Assembly (NCBI RefSeq): GCF_018350175.1
Contig: NC_058368.1
Coordinates: forward strand, 56,918,001 to 56,982,000
Reading direction: 5' to 3'
DNA length: 64,000 nt
From: Felis catus
Lineage: Eukaryota
Shown: positions 1 to 13,495 of the stretch, piece by piece
Position numbering within the stretch: position 1 is the first letter of the stretch
How the letters are laid out: each line of letters begins with the position of its first letter
Translations under genes and position numbers: made by a program
The notes under the pieces: model-generated
Databases searched by the model: none
What the model was told of the DNA's origin: nothing
Seen by the model: only the letters and a program-made list of their open reading frames with translations

Positions 1-340
1 TTATATCACAAAACTTGCTGAGGTTTTATATTAATTTAATATAATTAAACAATAAAGTTATAAAGTTCATTATTTAAAATTCTACTTACTCATGCAGCAA
101 ATTAAATTTTCACTCAATACTTGTTCACTTTGGATCTATACATAGTAAAATAAGTATTTGGGATATGTAAAATGATACATAACTATCATTGCCTTTGATT
201 TTAGCAATTGCTACAATTGTGATTTTGCTGCAATATCAACTGTGAAAAATGGAATTTTTAACTGTGTATTTTAAACTGTAAAAGCTACATTCTTATTATA
301 TCTCACTTGAAGATTTTTAAAAATATTTGCTACCACACAG

Positions 341-390
341 AGGCCAAAAATGGGAATTGGGAAATAATCTCTATCTATATAATGCAATAG
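341..390 (+). CDS. Weak candidate 50-nt internal exon (GQKWELGNNLYLYNAI) of an unidentified gene
   Basis: ctaccacacag| ... atag|gtaatt. One open frame, ending in phase 1, compatible with the 9099 candidate. Acceptor is only moderate. Confidence 0.12.
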
Positions 391-1948
391 GTAATTGTAT
401 AATTTTATATAGGAGACATTTTCAGAATTAAGTTGATAAAAATGCACCCAGCATGGAAAACATGATAGTCATTGCTAGGCTACAATATACAGGAATGACC
501 TTCTTTGTATTTCTTTAATGTCAAATGTTATTTGAATTTTAAAAATTTGCTTTGGAAAAGCTTAATATGGATAGCAAATAAGTAAATGTAAATGTATTTG
601 AGGCTCTGGTCTATCTTAAAAAAAAAAGAAAACTAGCTATTTTCAAGCTATATTTTATAGTTATCACTAATGTCAATTACACAGCCAGCGACAAATGGAC
701 AAATCTGCAATGTCGCTTAACTCCCTGATATTAGTCACATTACTATTCAATAATGACACAAGTGTTCTATTGAAAACTAAATAAACACAAACTTACATAC
801 ACACACAGATGCTATTAAATTTTAGTATAAAGAAACCCTGTGTTTTTAGGAAAACTGGGAATCTGAAAAACTACTTACCTCATTTAACATATATTTTATC
901 TCATTATATCGAACATCTTTATTACCCAAGCTATTTGTTTATAATAGTACCTTATTTTATAGCTGCCCTTTGGAGAGTCATATCAGGCCAGTATCAACCC
1001 ATTTAATAATCCATTTTAATAAAACCCATTTTAATAAAAATAATAAAGAACATACAAGAAAAAATGATAGATGAATATACCTGACAAACATATATGCAGA
1101 AGTCTTTTAAAATTCTTAGAAAATTGGATCCAGTGGCTAATAAAGAAGGGCAATACTTCATAACCAATTGGGGTTTATCCCCAAAATTCATAGTTACTTA
1201 TAATCAAAACAATAATAACAATGTAAGGTATGACAGTAACTGAAAAAAAGCAAAGTCATATAATCATATTATAAGATTTATATTATTGCTTTCTTAAATT
1301 TGTGAAACCATATGAAATCAGTGAAACCATATGAAGTTTTACTTTGTGGAAATGGTTTTCTATTCATTTAAATTGTATTGTATGTAATATATATGATGTA
1401 CATATCATTTTCTATCCCTTTTATTAACATAGGTTATTTTTTAAAGGATCTTACATATTTCATTTAATTTATCAACTATGCTGGCATACACTGTTGATAA
1501 TAGTACTTTATTCTATCTTTAATATCTATAAAATCTAATGGATTGTATCCTCTTCATTCCTGATACGGTAGATTATATTTTCTGTTTTTGCCTACTTTTC
1601 TTAAAAGAAATTTAACAAATTCTCAATCTTTCCAACAAAACTGTTTTATGCTTTTACCTTCTCTATTACATGTTTTGGGGGGAGATGATTGTTTTCCTGC
1701 TCTTGTTTTTATAATTTAATCCATACTACTTGTTTTGGGTAATTTTCTCTCTTCTTCCTAGCTTCTTTAGGTGACATGAAATTAATGTTTACTCCCTTCC
1801 CATTTTCCTCCTTCCCCTGTCTCTCCTCTTCTTCTTCCTCTCCTTCACCTGTTTTTCCTTCTATTTCTCCTTTTTTTCTTCTCAGTCTTCTTCACCTTCT
1901 CTGTTATTACCATTTACCATGATTTAATTTCATCCTAGGAACTGTTTA

Positions 1949-2162
1949 AAATTTTTTTTCAACGTTTATTTATTTTTGGGACAGAGAGAGACAGAGCATG
2001 AACGGGGGAGGGGCAGAGAGAGAGGGAGACACAGAATCGGAAACAGGCTCCAGGCTCTGAGCCATCAGCCCAGAGCCTGATGCGGGGCTCGAACTCACGG
2101 ACCGCGAGATCGTGACCTGGCTGAAGTCGGACGCCTAACCGACTGTGCCACCCAAGCGCCCC
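1949..2162 (-). mobile_element. Young felid Can-SINE (SINEC_Fc type)
   Basis: Complete head, (CT)n and A-tail in reverse; CpGs kept; TSD ctaggaactgttta. Confidence 0.97.
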
Positions 2163-2527
2163 CTAGGAACTGTTTAGATGTAACTCTCAAATTTTGATGT
2201 TTTGCTGTCATTGGAATTACAAAGAAGACATTTTAACTTCCTTTGTGATTTCTACTTTGGTAATGGCTCATTTAGTATTGTTTAGTTTAAATATATTTGA
2301 TGATTTTCTAAATTTATTGACATATTTGATTGCTAATTTATTTCCATTGTTTTGTCCCTTTCAAATTCCAAAAATTGGGTTATCTTTGATTCTGTAATAA
2401 TTTTATAAATGTTCACAAATTCCATGCCTGGCAGTTTTTGGTTGTATGCTGGCCATGATAGATGATAGATTGTAAGGTCATAAGAAGTCCCAACTATGTT
2501 GTCTTAATTTACTTTTTAAGAAAATAC

Positions 2528-2544
2528 TTTTAATGTTTACTCTT

Positions 2545-2592
<48 letters not shown>

Positions 2593-2758
2593 CGATTGGG
2601 GGAGGCCCAGAGAGAAAGAGGGAGACACAGAATCCAAAGCAGCCTCCAGAATCTGAACTGTCAGCACAGAGCCCTATGCGTGCTTTGAACTCATGAACTG
2701 TGAGATCATGACCTGAGCTGACTCAGACACTTAACGGACTGAGCCACCCAGGTGCTCC
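2528..2758 (-). mobile_element. Can-SINE with expanded (GA)n
   Basis: ...gagccacccaggtgctcc head; (GA)~21 at 2548-2589. Confidence 0.93.
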
Positions 2759-4139
2759 TGTTGTCTCCATTTAAAGGGTGGTGAATTTTGTTTCAATATT
2801 GAAATACACAGCTGGCAGGTATTCTTGACCTTTCATACTTGTTTTATTTATTTATATGAAGATTTTTTTAAGGCATGATAAATTTCATTTTCATCCTTAG
2901 TTCTAGGGCACGCTTCTTTATCTAGGTTGTGTTAATAAACTCCAAAATGATGGCCTATCTGGGTTCTCAGATGAATGACTGAAAATGTTAGTGAGGTCTG
3001 TGTCATCCGGCATGGCTGGAATTCCAGCTCCCTGTATCTCTAGCCTGAATAACTGTCTTCATTCACATCTCAGCCATGCAGCAATTAGAATCTGCTGTGT
3101 CTCACAGAGTCTGCCTTGTAAGGTGCAGCTTAGCCTTTATCTGGGAAACCACAGTGAACCTTCACAAGTATTGTCTGTCACCTGCTCTGGAAGCTCTCTA
3201 GCTCTCTTTTCTTCAGGACCTTGGCCCACAAATCCAGCTATAAGGTAGTAATGAACTTTGAAGCCTGCTTCCTCAGCCCACTGAGAGCTATATGTTCTGC
3301 AACAACTTTATCTCTCTGTGCTATGGAAAGGAGACTTCCCTCAGACAGAAGCCAGGGAAAAATGTGGAGCTTCTTCATGTATTTCCCTTTTTAAATAATT
3401 ACATTTTTGGTTGCTTGCCATGTAGTGCATAAGAACAGTTGCTTCATCTATTTGTCAAACTTTATAGTTGTTTACGGGAGGAGAACCATTCTGATACTAA
3501 TTATTCAACTGCATTTGGAAGCATAAGTTCCTAATTACTTTCCAATAACATCTATTACAAATATATCAAACTTGTAATATCATTGATGTGCTTTAGAACA
3601 GACTAATTTTTTTAAGTAATTCCATTAAGAAAATTACTAATTAAATGAGAGCACAAGTGGTACTTAGAACAGGGCAAAAATATATAGGAAAATGTTTAAA
3701 TGACTAGTATTTGAGAAATCCTAAAAACTTGCTTAAAACACTGACACAGTATTTTGAGCAAGAGATCCATGATTGATTCCCATCTCCATAGTACATGAGG
3801 TATGTTTTTCACTTCTAAATTAATCAACAATACCCAACCTCAGTTACTAATGTATAAATATGATTAATATAACTAATATCTACTATCTAACTCATGCTGT
3901 ACTTAGGACTAAAATACAATGGCGGGACATTATGCCCTTATATCTTAACCTGAATTCAACCATGCATCCTTTGCTGAGAGAGAGTGAGACAGGGAAAGAC
4001 AGAGAAAGGGCACCCTCAAAAAATTTTACCTTCAACCAGGTAATTTACTCCAAAAGTATAATACCAACAAAAAGATGGGCTGATTTCTTACAACGTAGAA
4101 GCTGGCATTTACCACACTGGGTTTGGATTTGATTCATTC

Positions 4140-4310
4140 TAATTAACTACAGCGGCATAACAAATCACTCCAAATCTTAGTGGCTTAAAACAACCACAAT
4201 GATTTCATTTCTTATCATAGTTTTTATGGGTCAGAGATCCGGGAAGGACTTGGCTAGCTGGTTTTGGCTCAGGGGCTTTCATACACTTGTAATCAGAAAG
4301 TGGCTCAACT
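4140..4310 (-). mobile_element. MaLR LTR fragment (MLT1 family)
   Basis: ataacaaatcactccaaatcttagtggcttaaaacaac ... ggctcagggg, typical antisense MLT1 end. Confidence 0.7.
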
Positions 4311-4545
4311 AGACTTTATTAATATTTTGGTTGCCAGTATAGCCAATTGCTAAGACACACACAAGGACAATATTAATTATATGTAATTATCTGATGCCTT
4401 GGTATAGAACTTCACTGTACAAGAAGATGTTCTTTAATGTACACAAGTTGTTTTAATCAGTCTGTTATACATATCAAGTATGTATTTGTAATTACTATCA
4501 TTATTGGTGGACTTAAAAAATATATAGGTTGAGATGGTCAAATTT

Positions 4546-4766
4546 TTGTTTTGTTTTGTTTTTAATTTTTTAATGTTTATTTACTTGAGAGAGAGAGAGA
4601 GAAAGAGAGAGAGCATGAGCAGGGAAGGGGCAGTGAGAGACAGACACACAGAATCTGAAGCAGGCTCTAGGCTCTGAGCTGTCAGCACACAGCCTGATGC
4701 GGGTCTCAAACTCAGGAACCTGAGCTGAAGTCAGATGCTCAACCGCCTGAGCCACCTAGGTGCCCC
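4546..4766 (-). mobile_element. Can-SINE (first of tandem pair)
   Basis: Reverse SINE ending gagccacctaggtgcccc. Confidence 0.92.
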
Positions 4767-4978
4767 TTCATTCTTTTCTTTAAATGTTTTATTTATTTTT
4801 GTGAGAGTGCAATGTTTTATTTATTTTGAGAGAGGGGCAGAGACAGGGGGACAGAGGATCCAAAGCAGGCTCTGCACTGACAGCAGCAAGTCCGACATGG
4901 GCCTCTAACTCACAAACTGAGAAATCATGTCATGAGTTCAAGTGAGACGCTCTACTGACTGAGCCATCCAAGTGCCCC
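4767..4978 (-). mobile_element. Can-SINE (second of tandem pair, short-body variant)
   Basis: Reverse SINE ending gagccatccaagtgcccc. Confidence 0.9.
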
Positions 4979-5448
4979 GAGATAGTAAAATTTCCAATTA
5001 TTTTTGAAGACTTTTCCATAAAAATGAAAATCAGCATTTTGGATCAAAAGAGAATGACATGCTATAGCACCAGCACATATTCTTAAGACAATCTCTGGAT
5101 TTACTTAGTATGGATAACCCAGCATAGCTGTACCCATGATCACTCAACCTTCCAACAAATGTATGTATTCTTAACAAGTAAATTTATCCTTAAATATCCA
5201 CTCTACATCATTAGCAGTGAATTCAGAACACTAGAAAATATATGAATAAAGCACATTCAGAAATCCTATCTTAAATAATAAGACCTCCAAAGACCAGCAA
5301 AGAAGTGCCTACGTACATTATAAATTAATAGTTTGGGTGTTGGAGAAGTTCAGTATATTAAAGTAAAATAGGTCTTAAATGGAGGTAATGTTTACATTCC
5401 TGGGTTTGTTAAAAACACGGTTTCTTTCTATAAAAAAGTCCTGATGGA

Positions 5449-5449
<1 letters not shown>

Positions 5450-5528
<79 letters not shown>
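5450..5528. repeat. Compound microsatellite (GT)n(GA)n, followed by degenerate (TA/TG)n
   Basis: Direct reading. Confidence 0.98.
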
Positions 5529-5531
<3 letters not shown>

Positions 5532-6349
5532 TATATGCATATATAGTATGTATGCATATATATATGCATATATGTGGTGTGTATATATGCATATATGTCT
5601 ATATATACATAAAGCATGAAGATAATCACAAACTCCTACGCATTTCCAGTAGTTTCAATGAATTATTCTAAAAGCTTTAAGAGTATATGTAAATAGAAGA
5701 TTACATATCTATATTTTTGAGCTCCATTTTATATTGATATAGTAGGTTTCTTGAATCCATTTATGCTTATGGATGCTATGGGCTTTATACCATATACTTT
5801 ATCACATACTTTTTAAGCGGTTTTGAAAAGAATACGTAGGTCTCCACTTTAAATATGTAAATCTTATATTGAATATCAAAATTCTATGTGAAAATGGAAT
5901 GAATCAGTTTTCCAGGTGTCAGTGATTATAGAAGATGTCTAACATCTTTCAAGATTTCTGATTTGCTATGCTGGAAAAAGGCAGAGGCAGAGAGAGAAGG
6001 AACATTTTTGTTGTCTAAATATCTCTTGCTCTTATGATCATAAAATAACGTTTCATAATTTTCATTTGCCCTCCACGTAGATAATGTATCACTCAGAGAA
6101 TCCAGTCCCAACAGGAGCTATAATTACCATATTGGTAATTAAACCAGCACCCTTTTTTTATATGACAGCTTTGGTAAGATTAGTTAATGTAAAGAAACAG
6201 TCCTCCTTGCGGACAGATCAAATTTTAAAGACTGCACAGCTAAGAAGATCGTAAATTTGCCAAAGTAAGTGCCATGTTTTATGGGCGTTAAACTTTTACC
6301 TGGAAAATATTATCTGCAAATAATTAAATTTAGAAGAAAAAGAACAATA

Positions 6350-6748
6350 GGTACCTGTGAATGCAGCCTCATTCAGAAATAGGCTCTTTGGAGGTGTGAT
6401 TAGGTAAGATGAGGTCATCAAGGATTGGGGTGGTCCCTAAATTCAGTATACCTGGCATAAGAAGACAAAGAGACACCGTCACACACACAGGGATGACAGT
6501 TGTGTAAAGAAGGAGGCAGAGATTGGTGATGTGGCTGCAAGGCAAGGCATACCAAGGATGCTGGCCACCACCAGAGGCCAGGAAGGGGCCAGGGGGTTTG
6601 CTTCCCCAGAGTCTTCAGAGGAAGGGTGCCCCTAACGTATTGATTTTACACCTCTGGCCTCCAGAACTGTGAAAGAATAAATTTCTATTGTTTCAAGTCA
6701 TCCAGTTTATGGTACTTTGTCATGGGAGCCCTAAAACACTGATACATA
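6350..6748 (+). mobile_element. MaLR solo LTR (MLT1B/C-like)
   Basis: aagatgaggtcat ... ctggcctccagaactgtgaaagaataaatttct ... ctgataca. Confidence 0.85.
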
Positions 6749-7764
6749 CAGTAAATATTTTTTATATTTATCCAAGAACAGTGACTTGTCTTGGTCATTC
6801 TTTATTGATAAAAGACAAAACCTTCCACCTCAGAACTACTTTGTACTCAACTCAGTCACATCGTTTAGGATTTATTCTAGTTAGGATTCTAGGTTATATT
6901 TGTTTGAAAGTGTCTCTAGTTATTTGTATTACTGGATAACAAATATCTGTTGAAATAGTTGAGTAATGGAGTGGGTTAAAAAGAGGGTTTTGTGTTTTTT
7001 TTTTTTTTACTAATTTATACTGATCCTTTTTTTATTTTTTTTTGTAATTATATGCATGATTAGGTTTTATTGTTATTTTTAGTTATTTCAATTTTAATTT
7101 TCAATCATCTTTGTGATTTGGCGTTTTGTATTTCAGCCAAGACATATATTAAAATTCTGAAAAAAATTGCCAACTCCTATAGACCCCACTCCTCAATTAT
7201 CCCTATCAGGCATTGTTTATTCAGGAGAAGCAAAATTACTCTAATATTTGCCTACTAAAACAATTATACTAATGCCTCTAAAATTAAATAGTGTTCTCAA
7301 ATACCAAATATTTTGAAAATAACTATTCTATCCTACATGTATTTTGGGGGGGTAATTCAGATTTGAATCTGGTTCTTTTATTTTGAAAGTATTACAGAAC
7401 TGTTTGATCCTTTTAAAAATCAGTTGTTTTTGTAATTTTTGAGCAAATGACTTTAAAAATGCTATTAATAAAAAACCCATAACTGACATTTAAAAAACGT
7501 CCTTAGCCCACTTTTCACTTATCCTACCATTTTTTTCATTGTAAGCCACATTACAACATTTTAGTTGCTTTTTAAAACCATTTTATAACCTGAGAGGGAA
7601 AACATATGTGAAACACAGATGACTGTCAAATATTAGTTAGTCCATACTTACTGTTATTTATAAGAAGTTGCACTCAATGATTGTATATCTGCTCAAACAT
7701 GCAAGACACATATGTTCTGCTGAACTGAATGATAAGATTGCTTTTCAATAATGTTAAGAAAGAG

Positions 7765-8029
7765 AGGTGCCTGGGTTGCTCAGTTGGTTAGTTGCCCACT
7801 CTTAATTTTGTCTCAGTTCAGAGATGGAGCTGCAAATTGGGCTCTGTGCTGACAGCATGGAGCCTGTTGGAGATTTTCTCTTTCGCTGTCTCTCTGCCCC
7901 TTCCCAACTCATGTTCACTCTCTCTCTCTCTCCTCCTGGGATTATCTCTCTCCCTCTCTTTGTGCCCCTCCCCAGCTCACTCACTTACTCTGGCTCTCTT
8001 TCTCTATAAAAATAAATAAACTTAAAAAA
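7765..8029 (+). mobile_element. Can-SINE with duplicated 3' module
   Basis: 18-bp TSD aataatgttaagaaagag (7747-7764 / 8030-8047). Confidence 0.92.
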
Positions 8030-8416
8030 AATAATGTTAAGAAAGAGCAACTGATTTGGACAGGTTTCTTCCTTTTCAGCTACAATGTTTTGCTTATTGA
8101 GTATATATTCATCAACAGAAAAGACAACCTACACCAAAGCAAAATTTAACCTTCTGAAATTTGGAAACTTCTCTTCCAAAAGCATAATCTATAAATCCTA
8201 TTCCTCTGGGCACCAAGTAATTATAATGATGGGGAGGACAGTGTGGAAGTTGTGAACATTGAATGGTCAGGGAAGGTGTTTTTTGCTTACGTAACCAATA
8301 TTTCTGTTGGAATAACTACTACAGGGAAACTCACATGACATTATTACATCTGTCAAACAGTTCACTCCTCCAGCCTATCATGTGAGAACCCAAATCTACG
8401 TTAAGACTTGTGATCA

Positions 8417-8632
8417 GGGGCGCCTGGGTGGCTCAGTCGGTTAAGCGTCTGACTTCGGCCCAGGTCATGATCTCGCGGCTCGTGAGTTTGAGCCCCACAT
8501 CAGGCTCTGTGCTGACAGCCTGGAGCCTGCTTCGGATTCTGTGTCTCCCTCTCTCTCAGCTCCTCCTCTGCTCATGCTGTCTCTCTCTGTCTCTCAAAAA
8601 TAAATAAATGTAAAAAAAAAAAAAAGTTAAAA
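8417..8632 (+). mobile_element. Felid Can-SINE
   Basis: ggggcgcctgggtggctcagtcgg head; TSD aagacttgtgatca. Confidence 0.97.
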
Positions 8633-9098
8633 AAGACTTGTGATCAATCATGAACTTTTAGCACATTTTTTAATACCTGGGCAAAGATGAAGAATTTGAT
8701 CCATTGTGGCTGACAGATTATATAATTCATCTTAAATAGTCTGAGGAATAGGAATTCCAGATTCATTAATTTCATTTTTAAAATTATGAAAGAAATTCTT
8801 AATCACATAATAAAATCATCAAAAAGCCATAATTTTTAAATTTTCCCAAATTATTTGGATTTAATGTATATTGATATTACAACGCTTTGCAAAAGCATAT
8901 TAAGCTCAAGAAAAGTTTAACTACAAGTAATCGTGTGTAATGAAAACTTATGAACCAAAACCAGCTTTCACAGAAGAAAATGCAGAGATCTAGGTTTAAA
9001 TAATAAATTAATAATTAAAGGTACATACAAAAAAGTTCTGCCACTAAATTCTAAAAAGGAAAACATTACATTCTGTACAATAGTCATATTTTATACAG

Positions 9099-9107
9099 TC
9101 TCCAAAG
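9099..9107 (+). CDS. Candidate 9-nt micro-exon (TCTCCAAAG)
   Basis: catattttatacag|TCTCCAAAG|gtaaat; length divisible by 3; not in a recognisable repeat. Confidence 0.25.
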
Positions 9108-10634
9108 GTAAATAACCAACTATGTTTTTATAGCTGGCAATATTAACTTTTGACAAAAGTTTACATAGGGTATCTCAAAATCTAGGTTTTTCATTACCAA
9201 AAGTATCTATAAGTTTGAATAGATACAATTAAAAAATACAACACAACAATAAAATTAATATTAAAAAATTAGCTATTTAGTTTTATTAAAGGTTCACATA
9301 CAGACGTATTTTGACAATGTTTATGAGGCATATTGTTCCTGTAAAATATAAGATAAAAAAATCTTTATAAGAGACTATAACTAAAATTTCGTATAGCTAA
9401 TTTTTTTTTCTGAAAACTTGAACATATTTTACTACAAGCATTTATACTTGACTACAAGCATACTACAAGCATATTATTGGGCACTTGGGAACCAGTCCTT
9501 AAATACATATTCAGTTGTTCTGTAAGCATGAACTATGAGCCAGGTACATGGAATTGACCAAATATGATCACAGTCTAGCTGAGTGTATATGCTAAAAAAA
9601 ACATGATAAATTGTAATGTGTTATAAAAATATGTGTGTTCAAATTTCTTTAGGAGCACAGAGGAGAAAAAGTTCATTTCCTGAAGTACATGGTAGAGGGC
9701 ATGGTGGCAAGATGAAATCACAGATGAAAAATTGATAGTGATTCTCGAAGGAGTTTGATTAAGTGATTCCATGGAAAATGGTTAACATTTATTTCAGTTA
9801 TGAGCCAACAATGTAATGTGAACATGAATTTAGGCAATTTCTATGATAGAGTAATGTCTTGAAAAATTGAACTAATAATTCTAGTCTGATGACATGACTA
9901 TATCTGAAAAATATTATTTTCTTCTGTGTACCATATTTGAAGGGAGAATATACAACCTGAACCTCATTCAGTGGTGATCCATCATAATTATGAATGATTT
10001 ATAATCAAAGCAAGTGTGGTAAATTCGGTAATTTTAGATTTTCATCATTATTCTAGGTGACAAGTAATTATGCAGGATTCTGTTTATCCACATAGGACAC
10101 AGGATCCCTATACCTTCCATTCATAACTCTCATGGCAGATTTTTTTCTCCTCACATACTAGAAGTTCAAAGCACAGCCTTAGTGTTCTTAGTAATTCTAC
10201 CTCTGTTAAGTATTTCTTGAGATACAAAGAAGACCTAAGTCTTGATATTTTATGTTCATGTACTATATTATCAAGTCACTTACATTTTCTTTAGCATCTC
10301 AAGGCCTATATTACAATGCAAGGCAATAATGAGCACTTTATTTTAGTAAGAGATCTGAGGCAACAATACATGAAACTTTGTGAGAATTCTCACTGCCTTT
10401 TGATTATTCTGTTGGCTTATGTAAACCTTACACTTTTTGATAAGGTGATTTAAGGGCTTTCTTTCTAACATTTTTTGGCAGATAGCCATTCTTACCCCAA
10501 TAATTTTCAAACTTGTATCTTTCGACTTATCATCATTTGATGCCTGATGGGACAACAGTTGAAAAAAGTTTTCATAAACATTTAACAACATGGCATCTGA
10601 CATATAATATACATTCAATATTAAAATTATTGCA

Positions 10635-10853
10635 GGGGCTCCTGGGCGGCTCAGTTGGTTAAGCGGCCGACTTTGGCTCAGGTCACGATCTCACGATCCG
10701 TGAGTTCGAGCCCCACATCGGGCTCTGTGCTGACAGCTCAGAGCCTGGAGCCTGTTTCATATTCTGTGCCTCCCTCTCTCTCTGCCCCTCCCCTGTTCAT
10801 GCTCTGTCTCTCTCTGTCTCAAAAATAAATAAATGTTAAAAAAAATTAAAAAA
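10635..10853 (+). mobile_element. Felid Can-SINE
   Basis: 18-bp TSD aatattaaaattattgca. Confidence 0.97.
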
Positions 10854-10954
10854 AATATTAAAATTATTGCATACGTTACCTCATTGCATATGAGGTTTTA
10901 TGAGAATTTATAAAACCCTATGAATATGGTCCTATTACCTGATATCATACATAT

Positions 10955-13495
10955 TTTTTTCCTTTTTTCCCTTTTTTTTTTTTGGAACCCTGTACTTCCC
11001 ATTCTCCCTTATCCTTTCACTTCCAACCCCCTTCCCCTGGCAATCACCAGTTCTCTGTATTTACGGGTCTATTTCTGCTTTATTTTGTTTGTTTGCGTGT
11101 TTGTTTTATTTTTTAGATTTCACATAAAAGTGACATCATATGGTATTTGTCTTTCTGTCTAAATTATTTCACTTAGCGTAATACCCTCTAGATACAACCA
11201 TGTTGTCACAAATGGCAAGATATCATTGTTTTTATGGTTGAGTAATATTTCATTATATATATTATATACACACGTATACAATATATATGAGATTTACATA
11301 AAATAACTTCTTCCTTATTCATTCATCTGTCAGTGGACACTAAGACTGTTTCTGTATATTGCCACTGTAAATAATATTGCAATAAGCACAGAGGTGCATG
11401 TATCTTTCTGAATTAGCGTTTTCATTTTTCTATGGGTAAATACCCAGAAGTAGAATTACTGGATATTATGGTATTTTCATTTTTAATTTCCTGAAGAACT
11501 TTCATACTATTTTCCACAGTGGCTTTACCAACTTGCATTCCCACTAACTGTGCATGAAGTCTCCTTTTCTCCATATCCTCACCAACACTGGTTATTGCTT
11601 GTCTTTTTGATGCTAGCTATTCTGAGTGGTATAAGATATCTGATTATACTTTTGATTTTCATTTTCCTGATTATTAGTGATGTTGAGCATATTTTCTTGT
11701 TTCTGTTGGCCTTCCTTATGTGTTCTTTGGAAAAAGTCTGTTCATGTCTTCTGCCCATTTTTAAATTTTTTTTTCAACGTTTACTTATTTTTGGGACAGA
11801 GAGAGACAGAGCATGAACGGGGGAGGGGCAGAGAGAGAGGGAGACACAGAATCGGAAACAGGCTCCAGGCTCTGAGCCATCAGCCCAGTGCCCGACGTGG
11901 GGCTCGAACCCACGGACTGCGAGATCGTGACCTAGCTGAAGTCGGACGCTTAACCGACTGCGCCACCCAGGCGCCCCGTGCCCATTTTTAATTAGATGAT
12001 GATGATAATAATTTGGTATTAAGCTGTATAAGTTCTTTATATATTTTGGATATTAGCCCCTTACTGGATATATCATTTACATATATCTTCTCCCATTCAG
12101 TAGGCTGCTTTTTTGTTTTATTGATGGTTTTCTTTGCTGTGCAAAAGCTTTTTATTTTCATGCAGTCTCAGTAGTTTATTTTAGTCCGAGTAGATGTGTC
12201 TAGAAAAAAGTTATTAGGGCCAATGTCAAAGATATTCCTGCCTGTGTTTTTCTTCTATGAGTTCCTATGGTCTCAGGTCTCACATTTAGGGCTTTAATTC
12301 CTTGTCATAGATTAATTGACCACCTAAGCATAAGTTTATTTCTAGACTCTATATTTTGTTCCATTGATCTATTTTTGTGCCACCGCCATACTGTTTTCAT
12401 TATTATAGCTTTATAGTATGTCTTGAAATCTGGGATTGTGATACCTCTAGCTTTCTTCCCCTTTCTCAAGATCTCTTTGGCTGTTAGGAGTCTTCTGTGG
12501 TTCCATACAACTTTTAGTATTATTTGTTCTAGTTCTGTGAAAAATGTTGTGATATTTGGTAAAGAGTGCATAGAATCTGTACATTGCTTTGAGTAGTAGA
12601 GACATTTTAACAATATTGTTTCTTCTAATCCATGAGCATGAAATATCTTTCCATTTTTTTGTGTGTTATCTTTAATTTATTTTGTCCGTGTTCTATAGCT
12701 TTCAGAGTATGGGTTTTCACATCCTTGGTTAAGTTTATTTCTAAATATCTCTTTGGTACAATTGTAAGTGGAATTATTTCCTTAATTTCTCCTTCTGCTA
12801 CTTTTTTTATTAGAGTGTTAGAACACAGTACATTTTGGATATTCTGTATCTTTCAATTTTACTAAATTAATTTATTACTTTTAATAGCTTTCTCATAGTC
12901 TTTAGGGTTTTCTGTGTATAGTATCATGTCATCTGCAAATAGTGACAGTTTTCTTTCTTTCTGACCAATTTGGATGCCTTTTATTTCTTTTTCTGTCTTC
13001 TTGCTGTGACTAGGACTTCCAGTTGTATGTTGAATGTAAGTGGTAGGAGTGGACATCCTTGTCTTGTTCAGATCTTAAAGGAAAAGCTCTCAGTTCTTCG
13101 CCATTGAGTATTATGTTAGCTGTGGGTTTGTCATATGTGGCCTTTATTATGTTGGTGCTATTTCCCCTCTAAACCCACTTTGCTGATTTTGTTATGGCAG
13201 ATGTTGAATTTTGTCAAAGCTGTTTCCGCATCTATTGAGACAGTCACATAACGTTTAGTCTTAATTTTGTATCTTATTGATTGATTTGTTAATATTTGAA
13301 CCACCTTTGCATCCCTGGAATAAATTCCAGTTAATCGTGGTGAATGATCCTTTTCATGTGTTGTTGAATGTGGTTTGCTAATGTTTTGTTGAAGATTTTT
13401 GTATCTGTGTTCAGCAGGGATATTGGTCTGTAGTTTTCTCTTTTTGTGATGTCTTTATCTGGTTTTAGTAACAAGGTAATTCTGACTTCATAGTG
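10955..13495 (-). mobile_element. 5'-truncated older carnivore L1 (3' ORF2 plus 3'UTR), degenerate, apparently inserted in a MIR
   Basis: ORF2 peptides in the ORF track: [39 protein letters not shown]; poly-T at left; MIR-like sequence on both flanks. Confidence 0.93.
11765..11977 (-). mobile_element. Young felid Can-SINE nested in L1
   Basis: TSD tgcccatttttaa (11752-11764 / 11979-11991); CpG-rich. Confidence 0.97.

Larger units (their letters stand above)
1050..3530. mobile_element. Highly decayed old L1M fragments (short + strand ORF2 piece to ~1260, then - strand pieces), interrupted by two SINEs
   Basis: 'ttcataaccaattggggtttatccccaaa' resembles L1 ORF2 (HDQVGFIP); T-rich antisense L1-like text follows. 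Confidence 0.5.

Noticed and set aside
792..931. Two minus-strand gtaagt donors with short open frames
   Set aside because: A-rich, poor acceptors; no supporting partners.
6121..6141. Hairpin taattacca-tat-tggtaatta
   Set aside because: Single AT-rich 9-bp stem; expected by chance in 64 kb.
10496..10543. Minus-strand 48-nt exon-like segment (ASNDDKSKDTSLKIIG) in ORF 10343-10618
   Set aside because: Splice sites are plausible, but the peptide is unrecognised and I could not build a consistent minus-strand exon chain.
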